Assembly: GCA_002269645.1 (NCBI GenBank)
Contig: NIVC01000759.1
Span: 186,001-250,000, forward strand
Reading direction: 5' to 3'
DNA from: Macrostomum lignano
Taxonomy: Eukaryota
Length of the DNA: 64,000 nucleotides
Shown: positions 61,491 through 64,000 of the stretch, one piece after another
Layout: each line of letters begins with the position of its first letter
How positions within the stretch are numbered: position 1 is the first letter of the stretch
Position numbers and translations under genes: made by a program
The notes under the pieces: model-generated
What the model saw: only the letters and a program-made list of their open reading frames with translations
The model's database searches: none
Told to the model about the DNA's origin: nothing

Positions 61491-62312
61491 AACTAAAAGC
61501 ACTAGGCTTAGGCACATTAAATAAACCACTGTAGTGGAGTGGGATTGAGAACAACATGAACTTTTATATCAGCTGGTAGCCTTAGCTTCCAAGACTCAGA
61601 AAAGCCAAAGCCGAAAACCGGCCGACACTTGCTTGAAATTCAAAAAGGGGACTTGCAGGGTCATGCTTAAAATAGGGGGCTCCAGCCCCCCTGTGCCCCC
61701 CCCCCCCCCCCGGTTCCGACACCCCTGGTACATCAACACACAACCGGCGAGAGGCATTACTGCCCATTCCGCCGACTCCCCTGAGCAGGCATACAAGCGC
61801 GCGGATACGTACGCAGGCACACACTCACACAGGAGTGTACAGCGGCCCTAACTTTATTTTATCGTTAGGCATGTACACTTCACTGCGCCTTGGGGGGTTG
61901 GCTCTCTGGGCCGCTGGCACATCAGAGCGCTGTGCTAGACCACTTTTCTACTGCCCCCGGACCTTTGCTCTACTGTACACTATTTCCTCCGCAAGAATCG
62001 TTTGTTGCCATGACAACCTTCCTGCGCATTTGGAGTGTCAGGTTTGACCTTCCTCATCCTCAACTTCTACTCATAACCAGAAAAACAATGCTGGGACAGG
62101 GATCGGGATTGGACTAGATTGGATCCTTGGCCTCTCATTCTGACTGGCTGTAGACGAGATAAACAAAGCCTAAACAGAGGATGGCATAAGATGGGGTGTT
62201 AACTGGCTGCAAGGCTGGAAGCGGAGTGTCGACTAGAAGTTTTCAATATCGCCCGAATCCGAGAGAGACACTCAAGCAAAAAGTAATTTAAACACAGTGT
62301 TCAGCACAGATC

Positions 62313-63745
62313 ATGCAGTCCAGCAGCGAGAGCCGGTCGGCTCAACTGGTCTTGATCTGCTTTGCCGTGCTTCAAATGGCACCGTCTGTGCTCAACTACT
62401 CCGATATTGGTAAGAGTGATCCAGCTTCGGCTGGAGTAGCTGCAGGTTGCTTGGACAAGCCAGGCGGGTGTGACGAAGAGATGCTGCCTAGCCTTGCTGA
62501 CTCACTCGTCGTCGGTATTGAAGGTGGCGCGCAGCAGGCCATGTCACACCCCCACATAGCGTTGACTTTCTTGCAACGTAGAATAATTTCGGTCAATTTT
62601 GTTGGCTGCAAAATCTTATTCCTAATTTCGGGTTTTGTTATACTGTTAAAATGATAGTCTAGTTGCGATTTACATTTTTCTAAGCCTTACAATAAAAAGT
62701 ACTTCCTTAGCAGAATATTCTGGTCCCATCAACAGTTGTAAAAGTACCTCACTGTACTCTTAAAGGATAAAATGATCAATAATTCTTGAGTTCCTAAAAA
62801 TTCTTTACGCTATCAATCACCGGCCATCAAAGCTCCTTTTAAAGGTTTCTAAGTGTCACGTACGTTCTTCTGGACGAAATAAATCTAGCTTAAGTAAGAG
62901 AGTTGCAGGCGAGTCTTAGGGAGTTGCAGACGAATCCCAATCAGGTAAATCTCAATCACCTGCAGCGAGTCCCAATCACCTGCAGCGAGTCCCAATCACC
63001 TGCAAGAGAGTCCCAATCACCTGCAAGAGAGTCCCAATCACCTGCAGTGAGTCCCAATCACCTGCAAGAGAGTCCCAATCACCTGCAGTGAGTCCCAATC
63101 ACCTGCAGCGAGTCCCAATCACATGCAGCGAGTCCCAATCACCTGCAGCGAGTCCCAATCACCTGCAGCGAGTCCCAATCACCTGCAAGCGAGTCCCAAT
63201 CACATGCAGCGAGTCCCAATCACCTGCAGCGAGTCCCAATCACCTGCAGCGAGTCCCAATCACATGCAGCGAGTCCCAATCACCTGCAGGCGATGATCAG
63301 CCACTCGTGACCTACGGGCCGCACCAGGTCAGCGCAGTGGGCGCCTCGTACGCCGAGTTTCCGCCTGTCGCCGTGAAGCTCAGCTGGTCGACGGACGGCG
63401 AGCCCAGCCTGGCCAACCAGTCCTGCAACAACGGCTTCGCCGCTTCCGACTACCTGCTGTTCGAGTTCGACCTCGCCAACCTCATCTGGGGCTACGTGAT
63501 CGGCCAGGACTCGCCGGAAATCTACGTGAAGACATTTCACCTGGCCTACGGCAGCTTGCTGGAGTCGCTGCAGACCTACGGGGGCAGCGCACCGGCTCTG
63601 CTGCCGGGCATCAACAGCAGCGACATGATCAACCAGACCTACTCGCTGCCACACGGCAGCATCCAGGCCAGGGTGCTGAAGCTCACGCCGGTGGATTTCG
63701 TTGGCAACAAGTCGATCAAGATCGAGTTCATCGGTCTGCCCGCTG
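62313..63745 (+). CDS. Gene B: paralogue of gene A (signal peptide exon plus F5/8C discoidin exon); continues beyond the window
   Basis: Exon 62313-62409 (MQSSSESRSAQLVLICFAVLQMAPSVLNYSDI, G|GTAAGA) and exon 63290-63745, ~99% identical to 21806-21351. Confidence 0.8.
62932..63289. repeat. 20/21-bp acceptor-containing minisatellite of gene B
   Basis: cgagtcccaatcacctgcag units; same family as 21807-22400. Confidence 0.95.
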
Positions 63746-64000
63746 GTGAGGAAAATGCAGGGTTGTTACGGTGCCCCCTGGATAGCGCCTCCCCCCTCCC
63801 CCTCGAGGTGGAGCCTCTGGTATTGACGCCTCTCGCTGTCGACCCTCGGCACGCGCTGCGCCCCCTCCCCAAAGGCGCCTCCAGGACATAACCAGGTTCA
63901 CCAGGAGCTAAAATGACTCTGAATGGCGGGCTCGTGACTGTATTCTGCTGTCTAGGAGGCTAGCGGGTGTCGAAAGACTCAATATTCTACTCTCAAAACA

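Overview
Animal genomic DNA with spliced genes, GC-rich exons and a minisatellite in almost every intron. The style resembles a Macrostomum-type flatworm genome, but this is an inference and was not tested. Recognisable host genes are RPL27A (-), SLC38A9 (+) and AP2M1 (-). There are also two inverted paralogues of a secreted discoidin (F5/8C)/C-type-lectin gene: one at 22.9 kb reading leftwards, one starting at 62.3 kb. From 2 to 17 kb, probably inside one ~16-kb intron, lies a nest of mobile elements: a Crypton-like tyrosine recombinase relic interrupted by a near-palindromic TTAA piggyBac derivative, a Ty3/Gypsy pol, a BEL/Pao element and an RTE-like LINE. The most striking object is a ~2.9-kb cassette (11159-14040) that replaces the PR-RT-RNase H region of the BEL element. 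It has long GC-rich inverted repeats ending in CCAAT hairpins and carries compact intronless ORFs for a PC4-like protein, a single-repeat TBP-like protein and a RING-Tudor protein, with no transposase or polymerase. Other highlights: two 107-nt mutually exclusive exons for a substrate-site helix of SLC38A9; a LINE insertion flanked by a ~777-bp duplication that copies SLC38A9 exon 3; tandem arrays built from splice acceptors; and a near-identical minisatellite+exon tract shared by the two otherwise diverged paralogues. All family assignments come from motif recognition by eye; no database search was run.
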